A stretch of DNA of 63,999 bases, filler included, from Diploschistes diacapsis (lineage: Eukaryota): NCBI GenBank assembly GCA_023645945.1. It is 12 parts of 12 records of this genome, joined end to end, with 100 filler letters (N's around TTAATTAATTAA, not from the genome) between each part and the next. Parts side by side here need not be neighbours in the genome. Positions count along the whole stretch, not along the records: positions 1 to 26,021 come from JALAIB010000192.1; 11 more parts are not named here. One strand, 5' to 3'. Position 1 is the stretch's first letter; the number at the start of each line of letters is the position of its first letter. Below the pieces are notes generated by a model, which did no database searches, was not told where the DNA came from, and saw only the letters and a list, made by a program, of their open reading frames with translations. This document shows positions 1 to 11,933 of this stretch, piece after piece. The translations under genes were made by a program, and so were the position numbers.

Positions 1-1132
1 GGGCTTGGGTTTGAAGGTGGAGATGGAGAAGGGGGAAAGAATAGGAGGGTGGGTGAGGGCGCGGCGACGTTGCTGCGAGATAAAAGCGGGTTGGAGGGGA
101 GATGTTGCTTTCTGCGATAAACGGAGGATACGAGAAACGAAGTTAATGGGAAAGGGAGGAGTGTGCTGCACACTAAGAGCAACGAGAAAGAAACAGAGCA
201 AGTGCTCACGCAAAAAACATCAAAGGAAAAATCCTGGCCTGCCTACCTTTAAGGAATAAGCATCGTGGCATCCTTTTAATCAAATAACGGGCCAACGGTG
301 GCTGCGCTTGATTCAAGGTTATTTCGCAACCGCAGAGCGCCGCAAAACTATCTATTGCTACCGGACAAACCAGGTGCAATCTGGAGTTCTGTGGGCATCT
401 GAAGCGTGTTGATCTGTCAGAACGGGGTGGTGGAGTTTGTTGGTATGTAGTTGGAACGCTTGCACTGCCACTGCCACTGCTGATATGCTTCCTAGGGCTG
501 AACGGATTTGGGTTTTTTGTAGCGTCAAACGATGGAGTCGTCTTTGCATACTTGTGCTTGGAAGATGAAGTATCAACGCAAAGCATCTACGCATAAGTAT
601 CAGGGAATTTCTCGTGATAAAGGTATGCAGAAAAGTTCTTCACTGTGCGCCCAGATCGTGGCGTGGAGGAGGAAGATGTTGCTGTAGTTGATTATCTCAG
701 CTAGGAGATCTCACCTGGAGGTCTGTTATAAGAAATTTTCCTATTCATACGGTGAAGTGACAAATCTCGTTACTTTTTCATATCAAATCCATCCATTGAC
801 AGAAGTTGGTCAATATATATCATCTCATGACTTGTCAGCAAAGGTACTCCTAATGTGTCTACTGGTTGTTGCTATAGTTGCTGAAAATCAAATCAATCTT
901 CTAAAATGCTAGATCCAAAGTCGAATTTGCTGGCATGCTATATCTCTCTTGCAGTTATAGATCACTAATGCTTGCAGAAACTCAGCAGAAACAGAAAGTA
1001 AAGCCAAAATGAGCGACAAAAGACATGCAGAACTCCTTTCCATGCGATTCCCCCATCGATGCTGCAGCGCGTTTAAGCTCCCATTGTCAGTCTGATCCAA
1101 TCCGCATCCCCCATCTGCTCGGATGGAACCCT

Positions 1133-1717
1133 CTAGAAATCAGCATGCAGCTCAATAACCTCGCACCCCTGAGGCGCCACCGCATTCGGCTGCACCAAGT
1201 ACCCAATCACATACAGGATCCCTGTCCCCTTGTCCCCCGTCCAAGGACAAGCTGAGAAGCTCGTCTGGGTTACCTCGGAGCTGCCACCGACCGCCTGGCC
1301 CTCGAACGCCAACAAATTGGTCCCCTCCTGCGCGTAGAAAATCGCCTCGCCGTTCGCGGCAGCCGTAAAGGCCCCGTTGTTGCTGAACTGCGCCTGGATG
1401 CTGCTGTTAGCCGCGTACTCGAGGATGCCGTTGTTGGCGCCGTTGCCAAGGAAGTTGAAGGCAGAGGCGTAGTTAAGCGGGATGCTGCCGTGGTTGTACA
1501 GGTAGGCTTGCTCGTAACCGGCGGCGAAGCGGTAGAAGCCGAAAGTTAGCCCGTCAATGGAGGTGGATGTGGAGACGGCGGAAATGGTGAAATTTTGGGA
1601 GGTGGTGGATTGGCGGACGGAGAGGGCGGCGGAGGAGATGGAGGAAGGAGTGGGGGATGAGAGGGTGGCGGAAAGGAGGGGAATCAGGGCGAGGAGGTAG
1701 GAGGTTATTGGGGCCAT
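1133..1717 (-). CDS. Small secreted/cell-wall-type protein (194 aa)
   Basis: Single ORF with a hydrophobic signal peptide (MAPITSYLLALIPLLSATLSSP), a Ser/Thr-rich segment, and a C-terminal two-Cys pattern (FSACP...GCEVIEL) typical of small fungal secreted beta-rich proteins; TATATA upstream near 1882-1888. Confidence 0.75.
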   Translation of the reverse strand: MAPITSYLLALIPLLSATLSSPTPSSISSAALSVRQSTTSQNFTISAVSTSTSIDGLTFGFYRFAAGYEQAYLYNHGSIPLNYASAFNFLGNGANNGILEYAANSSIQAQFSNNGAFTAAANGEAIFYAQEGTNLLAFEGQAVGGSSEVTQTSFSACPWTGDKGTGILYVIGYLVQPNAVAPQGCEVIELHADF

Positions 1718-3013
1718 TGTGTTTAGTTGTTGGAGAGGAGATCTTTGGAGAAGATTTGGTGGCTTGGTGAGTTGATTGGGAAGGTTCGGTGTTAGGGTTT
1801 GCGGGGTTGTAGTGAGGTATGGAGAGAGGGCGGAAGATGGCGGTAAGGATGGAGAGAAACTGAGCAGCTCCGAAGGTCTTTATATATTAAGATACCATTG
1901 TGAAGGGATTATAAAGACACTCGTATTCCCAAGTCAAGGCACGTACAGGGCATATTAATTGTTAGCGCAAAACTAGCTAACTAGCGCCATGTTGGACTTA
2001 AACAAAAAAACGTATAATTTATCGTATTAATATTTTTTTAGATTTGAAATTTTCTAACTTGATTCGTAATTAATAAATTATGATCATATGGAACATCCGG
2101 AACGTTTATGGGTTCAAGAGTTGAACCCCGTAGGGCGGTAGGGCTGGCACCCACACTATTTATTTGTGCCCTCCTCCCACCTGGATAGTTTCTTCTTTAC
2201 CTTTTCGAATCTGAACCATTCAGCCTACAGATGCCCAGTTGCACGTAATCCTTCCGGATCAGGCTCAGCCCCCGGTAGTGTAGCACCTATTCCTGTAGGG
2301 GCGTTCTATCATATTTCAATTAATTCATCTATAATGATCGATCGAAAAACTATAAATATGCGAATAATTATTTAAGTATTAATATATTATTTAGATTTTC
2401 GAATTTAATAATAACAGTATAATAAAACTCGTAATTTAAAATGGCCGGAAAGGGAGGATAGCCAAAGAAGCCAGTGACATAAAGTTACTCGCATACCCGC
2501 ACTTTTGTAAATCCAAATCGAAGATATTCCCAATGCTGAGAGCCGACCGCTGCATTGAAAGTAGCTAGCTAGCCGCTTTATAGAAAAAAAGCCCATCATA
2601 GCAGGAGGATGTTATTGTGAGGGCCTAATTAGCCCTAAAATCTACGAATTTATGACATCCACACCAAGAAAAATCGATTATCATTGATTTACTGGTAAGT
2701 GGCGTACGCCAGTAGCACGCTACTGCTACTGACGTCTGTCTAACAATTAATATGGCTCCTACTATATATAAATTCAAGTTACTATGTGGATTAGTATATC
2801 AGGCGCACAGCGAATATAGACCTCGTGTTCAAAGGCCAGGGGAAGCCAGTTCGTGCTCGATTCAGCGCGAAGATGCAAAGTCTAGTATATAGTCTTTTAA
2901 GATCCGTCATCAGCACTTGCTCTGGATTACGAAATGACCACAACTTTAAGCTCGTGTTCCTCCGTTACGGAAAGAGCCCACAAGTTGGAGTTCTTGTGAC
3001 CGTTAAAATTTTG

Positions 3014-3145
3014 CTGCGAAGTACCCCCCCAGAATAAAGGTTAGCACCGCGGTAGTCAACTTCCTCTTACTCATAAAAGACCCTTTTGCTTGTTATAACG
3101 CTAACTAGTGAGATGCTAACCTTTGTTATGGGGGGTACTTCGTAG
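3014..3145. repeat. Short foldback/MITE-like inverted repeat (~130 bp)
   Basis: Left arm CTGCGAAGTACCCCCCCAGAATAAAGGTTAGCA vs reverse complement of right arm CTACGAAGTACCCCCCATAACAAAGGTTAGCA; arms ~45 bp, short spacer. Confidence 0.6.
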
Positions 3146-3408
3146 ACTACAGAACGCTTAAGCTCAGAGCTACTTAGATTCGTATTTATATCCCATAGGA
3201 ATCGAAGTACCTACATACTTTCCACAGCCAGAGCAAAACATCATGTATTCTATATTGCGCTTTCTCTCACCCAACACTCTCCCCCAAATGCTGCTCACTA
3301 CCAATCTCCGCTACATATTGTATATACACATGACGATTTTGCATACTGCGGAGGAAAATATAGACCGTATAATACTACTGCTAACCAGGAATATCATATC
3401 GAATAATA

Positions 3409-3773
3409 CAGTCGGGTGCCAAAAGCAGTTACGTCCTCCCCATTTCTTACCAAAATCGATCCCAACAATATGCCAAATCGAAAATTAAAAAATTATAAAG
3501 AACTTCAACAGCATGAAATATACCAATAAAAATTTTTTTCTAAGATAGAGGTAAACATTTAAGAAAATGACTCGCGCCAAAAATCGGGCAACTATACCCC
3601 GTTTTTTTAGTTGACGTCCCCACCAAGAAAAAGCAGAATAAATAATTCAAAGCTTTAAAAAGCTGTTGGAATTTTTGTAACAAAAACGTTTTCGCGGAGA
3701 TATAAGGACTAGAACAGTGAAATTTTTCAATAAGAAATCCTGGGGGACCTAAACTGCTTTTGGCCTAATACTG
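3409..3773. mobile_element. Non-autonomous Tc1/mariner-type MITE (~365 bp)
   Basis: TA|CAGTCGGGTGCCAAAAGCAGTTACGTCCTCCCCA ... TGGGGGACCTAAACTGCTTTTGGCCTAATACTG|TA: imperfect ~33 bp TIRs starting CAGT, flanked by TA on both sides; AT-rich non-coding interior. Confidence 0.75.
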
Positions 3774-4382
3774 TACGAAAAGCTCCTCAACTTAATCAAG
3801 TCTTCAACTCTTCCACTCTTCAACTTTTGGTTGGGTTTTAAACCATAAGGTTAATCTATTTACTTGAACCTATATCTCTCGTTGAAGACGGCTTCGTTAG
3901 CCCTTCGTCTACAATTCAAGGACCTTGAAGACTTTGATGGCCTCTCAAACCTCTACCTAGGTCTGCGACATCCTCGATATCGTTCATTTCACGTGAGGTT
4001 GCGACGTAACAGGTTTGAACCGGAACCGCTCTGTACTGTCCCTGCGGACTCAGCAGAATGATAGCCTACAGGACGTTGAGACACTCCACAGCCGGAAGGG
4101 TCTAAAAGCAATATCGAAGTTTGACGCGGGAGCACTCTACCATCATGGTTCCTCGCTCAGAAAGCAGAAACGAGAAACGCTTTGAGGATATGTGCAGGAT
4201 ATGTGCAATACCTACGAACATAAACATGGGTACAGAGACAGAAGACAGCCAATGTCGAAACCACTTTGCACGGAGAGTGGTGCAGCGAAAGACATATATG
4301 TCATATTTATATCTTGTTTGAATCCATAATACCTCATGCCTGCGGACCGTCGTCACGCAATTCCACCCACCTATATTTACCA

Positions 4383-6378
4383 CTAAGCCGTCTTTGTTTC
4401 CTTTTGTGCCTTGATCTCGCCAGTGCCATACCTGCATCCATTAGACCCTGCAGGGATGTTACAGGCCGCAGTAGACTTACCAGGCGATAATGGCAATGCC
4501 CAGAAACGCGCTAACACAGCTGAACACCAAGGCCGCTATACCTCTGGCCGTAAAACCGGCAGGTAATGGCACCGGCGGCAAGGTCTCACCAGTCAAGTCG
4601 AAGAGATCTACTGTGTTGCCGGCAGCATTGCCCTTTACCGGGATATTCTGCGCCGCACATGCGTCCAAATGATTTTGGGGAATTGTCAGATTCTGGTCCT
4701 GAATGGCGAGCGGAGCCTCGATCATGGTTGCAACCAATCCCGTGTCTATGTGCCACTCAATGTGACAGTGAAAGAGCCAAACCCGTAAGAGCTGTCAGCT
4801 GAAGAGCTTATGCCATAGAGGTAGTCAAACTCATCTGGATTATCCGACTTGAAGCGAAGCACAATGTACGAGTTTGGCTTGACCATGAAAGTATCACGGC
4901 GCATCGGCACTTGCGGAAGGGTATCGTTGCCTGTGTATATACCCGCACTCTCATCGCCACGAGCAAGGACCTGGAAATTATGACCATGGAGGTGGAATGG
5001 ATGCTTCCCGGGGTCGAAGCTGTTCAGCACTATTTCGACTACTTGATCCTTCTCCAGAATGAAAGCGTTTGTGTTCGAACCATAGATCCCAACCTCAGAC
5101 GCGGTCGCGCCGGTGCTCAGCACAGTGTATAGTGTAGGGACTTTCGGGCCAACATACGTTACGTTATTGATGAAGGCGCTAGAGTGATTAGTTTCATGGA
5201 GAAGTTGAAGGCGAAGAGGCCGGAACTCACTAGTTGGCTCCGTTGCTCAAGTCACCCATGATGAAGTTCATTTCTACTGTCTGATCAACCTGGTCAAAAA
5301 GCTTCAGACCATCTTGAGGCACAAGGGTAAAGTCGTCGAAGGGATTGAACTTGTCGAGGACTCTAGGTTGTGGCAGCGGTGCCTTTTGGTCGTAGACAAG
5401 CCATCCTGTCACGTTGGGATTGAGCGTGGGTGGCACATGGTCGAAGAGATCCTATATACGTGAATCAAACTCTGATAATTGCGTGAGCCTCTTACTTGAT
5501 CCATACTTCCGATGACAGGAAAATTTGCTGAGGTATCATTGTGCATCGTTACCAGGACACTGTAGCGTTGAGCAGCTGTGATGTAGAGCATATCGGCCGG
5601 TGTAGGCTTCGTGCACACTCCGTCAACCTCTATGATTTGCATGGGATGACCTTCAAGCCAGAAGTATTGTCCCGCAAACGCGGCCATGTTGATGATTCGG
5701 AGCCTGTAGGTCTTTCCGGCCTGGACACTGATCGTAGCATTCTGCGTGTCATTCATCAAGGCCGCATCCGGTATTGGCTCCGCTCCGGTAGGGTTGCCTA
5801 CGCTGACGAACGTTTGCAGTAGATCAGGCATAAAACCGTGATACCAGTCTGACAGCGTTAGAACCATGTCTTCGTCATACATTTCTTTGAATGGGTCTTG
5901 AGGATCATCGATAACTATCGGGCCACGCAAACCGTCTGGGTAGATGCCGTCGTTATGCGCATGATACCAATATGTCCCAGCTTGAGTGATCTGTAACCGT
6001 TAGCTCACTCTGACGTGAGGGTACAAAGATGCTCACGTTGAAATCGTAAGTCATGGAGCCACCTACTGGGATGGCACATTGACTCACGCCAACTGGGCCA
6101 TCCATCTGGGTTGAGCCGTTCATGTAGAGGCCATGAAAATGTAAACTGATCGTCCGGTTACCCAGCTCATTATGTGCATTGACGACGACGCGATCGCCAA
6201 TGCTCGCGCGGATCGGAGGCAAAGGCCACTGTCCATTTATGCCAATAGTAGGTCGATAATAAGCTCCATCTGGGTTGGTGATAACCCAGTTAATCTTGAA
6301 GTCGTAGTTCACGGTAGCTGCAGCTGCGAAGGCAGTAAGACATGCCAACACAAGGATCACAGTTCTGCAGAAAGCCAT
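4383..6378 (-). CDS. fet3: Multicopper ferroxidase Fet3/FetC (6 exons)
   Basis: ATG at 6378 with signal peptide; Cu motifs [18 protein letters not shown] and, after removing intron 4785-4834, [20 protein letters not shown] (Leu at axial position); C-terminal TM ([23 protein letters not shown]); stop TAG at 4383-4385; four GT-AG introns plus one AT-AC intron. Confidence 0.96.
4785..4834 (-). other. Non-canonical AT-AC intron (50 nt) in fet3
   Basis: Minus strand: ...GAT AAT CCA G|ATGAGT...GCTGACAGCTCTTAC|GG GTT TGG CTC TTT CAC TGT CAC; this removal restores DNPGVWLFHCH, and the GT-AG pairs tried within the interval do not. Confidence 0.85.
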
Positions 6379-6550
6379 GGCGAAAGAGAATTCCCGAGCC
6401 TGGAGTAGCGAGAGCGAGACAAAAACTGGTGAGGCCAACGAACTCGGGTTTGAATCTGCGAGACTTCCACAAGGGCCCCAAAAGCCTCGAATCAAGGCCT
6501 CGATTTCTGATCAATAATAATTGAGATGGTGCACCAGCAGTATTGGAAAA

Positions 6551-7840
6551 GATCTGATAAGATAGAATCTCACGCGCTTTAAGCGACAGTGTCTGGAACA
6601 GGCGCTAACTCGACCCTTTGAGTTCACAAGACCTTGTTGATCGAGCGGATCTTGATCCGAGACGGAAAGTGAATAGGAAGGAAAACTGTTTTGCGTTATG
6701 CACAAGTACTTGTGCGTTGTCGGCCACGTTCTACCCTCCCCATATGCCTTCCAAATGATTGACTTAAGCGGCTTTCAATTAGCCTTTCACTCGACAGAAA
6801 CCTTTCCTGTTGGGGCAACCGCTGTGCAGTATCGAGACTCTGTTCGTCAAATGCTGGACCCGAGCGATAAACACGCCTGCGCTGGGGTTTGCCGTCAGAA
6901 CCGGCCGTAATTGTACGCCCACAAGCACACACAACCATACAATGATCAAGTTTTATCAAAGTAAATTCCTCGCCCGGTTCCACGTCCGAACTCCGGCCAG
7001 TCCAGCAAGGAAAATAAGGCGGCACAGTGGGCCGGAGTGTGGATGGCCAGGATTCACGGGAGGTCTGGACTCGATCAGATAAGATTACAAAACCTTACCA
7101 AGCAAACGCTTGCCGAATCGAGAGACCCCTCCACTTTGTTAGTCTTCGATGTGTTGGCCAAAAAGTAACGTATTTCGATTCTTGGCTGTGGCTAGTCACG
7201 CTCTTTTAAAGTTGATCGGTCGAAAGGCACTCACTCCAAGGAGTGAAGTAGCGGAGACAAGACTGGATTGTAATCGAACTATTGTCAATCTAGCTCTGTG
7301 GACGAATCAAGAGAAGCAGGGAGAGCCGGAAGAACTGCCCTGAACGTTAACCGCCAAGTATATTACCGGTATGCCTCTTCGATCTTCGAATGGGTCACTG
7401 CAATCAATGAACCTCACAGCGAATAGCCCTGACGTGTGCCCACATTCCGTTTTTCAACATCGGGAAAGCACGTAATTCAAGTTCCAAAGTCGTGTTTGTG
7501 GGCCTGCATTCTCCGGTACTTCTCTCACTAGTAATTCGGAAGGGATTGCTGCCGGAAAAGGGCACCGGCCCAAGACTCAAAATCCCGCAAAATAGCGTAT
7601 TCGTGTGTCACCTATGCAGCCATTAAAAAGAACCAGCACGGCATGCATAAATACACATAAGTAGCTGTGAGATAATTGCAATTGGAGATCTGGCAGGCTT
7701 GGTTGCTGGCAGAGCTCTGCCGTGGGGGCCGACACACACGCCAAGGGAAAGATTTGCTGCGCTAGCGATTAGCGTGCTCTTAGTCCGCACTTAGCAGGAT
7801 CAGATAACTGTAATCTGATCCCGCTCCCACTTATCTGATC
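6551..7840. promoter_or_regulatory. Divergent fet3/ftr1 promoter with four SreA/Sre1-type extended GATA boxes (GATCWGATAA)
   Basis: GATCTGATAA 6551-6560, GATCAGATAA 7073-7082, GATCAGATAA 7798-7807, and reverse-strand GATCAGATAA 7831-7840; matches the ATCWGATAA consensus of fungal iron-responsive GATA repressors. Confidence 0.8.
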
Positions 7841-7994
7841 TTCTCGTCACTTCCTGTCAAGTCTCAATATCCGGCTTCGACAGTTCTGGATGAGCCTATA
7901 GATGCTGGTTCGAGCTCTATAAGGTACCTTGAAAGTATACCCAAGAGGCTGTGTGACACAGGGCAGAGAGCCAGTGGGATCGAGCAAAGATACA

Positions 7995-9374
7995 ATGGCG
8001 GACAATATCTTCGCGATTCCAGGTCGGTCACGTCGAGCCAGGCGCCATTTCTATAATCTGGAAGCTAATGGGGCCAAGTTTTCTTTATCTGTCTTCGAGA
8101 ATGTCTTGAGACAAGTGTTATAGTCTCGATTTTACTCGCCTTCTTGAAGCAAACAATAGGTCCCGAACGCGATCCTAAAACATACAAGAAGCTGGTCCGC
8201 CAGGTATGTTTTCTCCAAAATCCCTCTTTGAACAGCAGCTCAAACGTTTCTCTTAGGTCTGGGCGGGTACCGGTCTAGGCCTCTTGATTTGCATAATCGT
8301 CGGTGTCGGTATGATTGGAGCCTTCTATAGCATCGGGCTCAACGCTTGGTCCCAGACCGAAGACATCTGGGAAGGCGCTTTCAGCTTGGTAGCCACGGTA
8401 ATCATCACCATTATGGGTGCAGCGCTCTTGCGAGTCTCGAAATTGCAGGACAAATGGCGAGTGAAGCTTGCCAAAGCTCTCGAGGCTAGCAAATCTGTCA
8501 AAAAGACTTCAAGGTCTCGCCGTTTCAAAGTTTGGTGCGAGAAATACGCCATGTTTCTCCTTCCATTCATCACAGTACTTCGTGAGGGCCTCGAGGCCAT
8601 CGTCTTCATTGGAGGTGTGGGACTCGGTTCCCCAGCATCGTCTTTCCCGCTCGCTGTTTTCACTGGCTTGGGCGCCGGGGCTCTTATCGGGTTCTTCATC
8701 TATAAGTAGGATTGTTGGTCCAGACACACGCCCTACGCTAATATGAACAGAGGTAGCAGCTTCGCTAAAATCCAGGCATTCCTCATTGTGTCGACATGCT
8801 TCCTCTATTTAATCGCTGCTGGGCTTTTCTCGAAAGCCGTCTGGGCCCTAGAAATCAACGCTGTAAGCCTTCTTAGTATTGTAATTGGAACGAATGCTGA
8901 TGGTCCATAGTGGAATGCTGTTATTGGCGGCGACGCTGCTGAAGTAGGGTCAGGTCCTGGATCTTACGACATTCGCCAAAGCGTCTGGCATGTGAACGTA
9001 AGTGGTTTTCCGATGATTGCAACGGTCCGAAAAGGCTAACATGAAAGTGTTGTAATCCTGAAATTAACGGCGGTGGCGGATGGGGTATTTTTAATGCGCT
9101 CTTTGGCTGGCAGAACTCCGCAACCTATGGCTCGGTTATCTCGTACAACCTCTACTGGGTTACTGTGATTGTCGGCTTTCTGTCCCTGCGTCACAAGGAA
9201 AGAAATGGACATTGGCCATTACTTAAGCCTAAAAAAACAGAGATCTCAGATGACGACAGCTCAAGCAGCTACCAGCTAAATGACATTGAGATGGGTAGTA
9301 TGAGTGCAACGGAGACAGAAATTCAAGGCAAAACGGCAACGACCAACGTCGAAATCCAGAGCGACTCCTTATAA
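7995..9374 (+). CDS. ftr1: High-affinity iron permease Ftr1/FtrA (6 exons)
   Basis: [26 protein letters not shown] and [10 protein letters not shown] (two RExxE motifs), multiple TM segments, [36 protein letters not shown]; five GT-AG introns; divergent from fet3. Confidence 0.96.
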
Positions 9375-9911
9375 CGTCGCTCACATTCGGAGAATGGAGC
9401 ATACGCACAAAGCTCTAAGTTGAGGACAAAGATCAACATTGATGAGCATAAGTTGGACTGAATCAGACCTCATGATCGAGCAAGCTGTTTAATCTTTGCA
9501 CCACACGAGGTTGTTGGTCCGCCGTTGACACGGACGCGCCAAAGGACAAATCCCCCTCCCAGGGACTCGGAGCAACGGGCGGGCTAGTTAGAAACATACT
9601 AATAGACATAGTTTGAAATAGATAAAATATATTTCCAAGTTACCTCTTTACTCTGATGTGGTGAGCAGATCGCAAGTTAGAAGAGTTGGAGGAGGGAAGC
9701 TGAACATTAAGAAGCAGATGAAGTCGTAATCTGAAAAAGCAAAGCTGTGATTGGCAGAGTTCATTGTATCGGACTTTAGCATTTGGCTTTTGCCGAATGT
9801 GGGATTTTCCCCATCTAATATCTCACACTCGCCCCTTGCCTTTTTTCTTTTCACTTTCATGGCAGATTTCCCAAGTTTAGCTTCGCGTGAGCCAGGGCTG
9901 TTGAATCTAGC

Positions 9912-11933
9912 ATGGTCCTTAGGAAAGATCAGCTTGAAGCCAGCTTACAAGAAGAGAAGAAACTGATCCAGAATGGCAAGTTAAAGGACGATAATCCGCT
10001 AGACCTTAGCGAGTCCTTCCGCAGATTATGCGACGGCTGCAGGAGAAATGACCTGAAGGCTTGCCAGGAGGCCATCACTTCTGGTGCCAATATCAATGCT
10101 CGCGATGAGTTTGACTACACGCCACTCATCCTAGCCAGCCTATGTGGGCACTATGAAGTGGCTCAGGTTCTACTGGAATCAGGAGCACTCTGCGAGCGTG
10201 ATACCTTTCAAGGCGAGCGGTGTATCTACAGCGCCTTGAACGATCGCATGCGGAACCTTTTACTAGCGTACGACTATTCAAAGTCTACTGATCCCCTACA
10301 ACCTCTCGCTTCTCATATATTCTCTTTGCTGACTCGCGAGCATCCAAAAACCTCGGATATTGTTATCACCTCCGCCGACGAGTCCTTCAATTTGCATAAG
10401 TTCATCCTTGCTGCGCGATGCCCTTATTTTCAAAAGAAACTCACCAGTGATCCCGATACCTCGACGTGGAAGTTGCCCTCGTCGATCCCACCGCAGGCCT
10501 TTGAAGTTGCCATCAAATACGTCTATCTAGGAGAGCTCCCGCGTGACGTCGGTGGAGGACCGGGCACGGGTTTTTCGGAAGAGGAGGTACTGGAAGGCAT
10601 AGATAAGATCAGCAAGCAGCTCGAGATACAGTCACTATGGGATGGGATACTAGAGAACAACGACCGCCGCCTAGCCCGCCAAAACCGCGCCGCTGAAACG
10701 GCTCGTGGTCGCGCGCAACTAGACGCCTGGTTCAGAGACAACGTCATTAGGCACAAAGTCGTCATTGACACTTCGAAAGCCAATAATGTCAAATGGGATC
10801 GGAACAACGGCATCTACGCCGACATTCTCCTGCGTGCGGATGAGATCTCTGAAGACCTAACGTCTCTGCCAAGCGGTGTACAATCACCCGCCGCGGATGG
10901 CGGCATACCTATCGGCCCTCCGTCCCTCTCTGCCCCTTCAACCAACGGCACTCCAGACCATCGACAACCTGCTCCCCAAAAATCTACCCTCTTCCCCACC
11001 CACCGCGCCATGCTTCTCCGCTCAGACTACTTCACCGGCATGTTTTCCTCCGGCTTCCTCGAAGCCCAAGAAACGCCGTATCTGCACATCGTCACCGTCG
11101 ACTGCACGCCGGATGTGCTCGAAGCTGTCCTAGCCTTCCTCTACACCGAGAAAGCCGATTTCCCGCTTGACCTTGCCATCGATGTGCTCTTCGCCGCCGA
11201 CCTCCTCCTGATCGAGCGGCTGAAAAACAAAGCCGCCCTAGTCATCAGCACTCTTGGCAGCGGCGGTCTCACCCAAACCCCGATTCAGCAAAAGCCCCAG
11301 CAGCCCTCCGACGCCACGGCGAAACTCGAGAGAAACGGTCTAATGACGGATGTAGACGGCGATGCGAACCCCAATGACAACCTCCTTGACCCCTTCGAAA
11401 CCCTACACGCCGCATGGGAACTTCGCGTGCCGCGCCTCGAGACGTTCATCGCGCGCTTCTTCGCGTACAGGCTAGAGCGGTACGTCGACCTACCGGAGTT
11501 CGCGGCGCTGATCCGCGAATCGGCTGCCAGAATCAAGAATCGAGAGGAGACGGATAGTATCGAGCTGGTGGATGATATAAGGCATTATTTGAGCGAGCGG
11601 TTTAGATTGAGGTTCGAGGGGGAAGGGATTGCGGAGATGCTTGAGGGCGAAGGGGCGGCAAGGGCGGAAGGAGTGGAGGGGAGGGGACGTGAGGATGGGG
11701 AGTTGAAGTTGCGGGCTGGGGAGGATGGGAAGCCCGGGAAAGAGGGGGAAGTTGGAGGATTGGGGTTTGAGAATGCGGTGGGTGTCGGGACAGGGAACGT
11801 GTTCTTAGAGGGGGAGATTAGGACGCTGGATGGGGAGATCGCCGGGGACGAGTTCGCGGCCGATGCGATGAATTATCAGATGCTGCTGGGGAAGATCGAG
11901 GCGCTGTTGGAGAGGCTAGAGTTGGATGGGTAG
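9912..11933 (+). CDS. Ankyrin repeat and BTB/POZ domain protein (Btb3/ABTB1-like Cul3 adaptor), 673 aa
   Basis: Ankyrin repeats (INARDEFDYTPLILASLCGH), two BTB domains (LHKFILAARCPYF; HRAMLLRSDYF...LAFLYTE), conserved TDSIELVDDIR tail; intronless. Confidence 0.9.
   Translation: MVLRKDQLEASLQEEKKLIQNGKLKDDNPLDLSESFRRLCDGCRRNDLKACQEAITSGANINARDEFDYTPLILASLCGHYEVAQVLLESGALCERDTFQGERCIYSALNDRMRNLLLAYDYSKSTDPLQPLASHIFSLLTREHPKTSDIVITSADESFNLHKFILAARCPYFQKKLTSDPDTSTWKLPSSIPPQAFEVAIKYVYLGELPRDVGGGPGTGFSEEEVLEGIDKISKQLEIQSLWDGILENNDRRLARQNRAAETARGRAQLDAWFRDNVIRHKVVIDTSKANNVKWDRNNGIYADILLRADEISEDLTSLPSGVQSPAADGGIPIGPPSLSAPSTNGTPDHRQPAPQKSTLFPTHRAMLLRSDYFTGMFSSGFLEAQETPYLHIVTVDCTPDVLEAVLAFLYTEKADFPLDLAIDVLFAADLLLIERLKNKAALVISTLGSGGLTQTPIQQKPQQPSDATAKLERNGLMTDVDGDANPNDNLLDPFETLHAAWELRVPRLETFIARFFAYRLERYVDLPEFAALIRESAARIKNREETDSIELVDDIRHYLSERFRLRFEGEGIAEMLEGEGAARAEGVEGRGREDGELKLRAGEDGKPGKEGEVGGLGFENAVGVGTGNVFLEGEIRTLDGEIAGDEFAADAMNYQMLLGKIEALLERLELDG

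Noticed and set aside
4785..4834. fet3 as a frameshifted pseudogene, or this intron as U12-type
   Set aside because: All other motifs are intact and AT-AC removal restores the frame exactly; the donor ATGAGT and branch CTGAC are U2-like, not ATATCCTT/TCCTTAAC.
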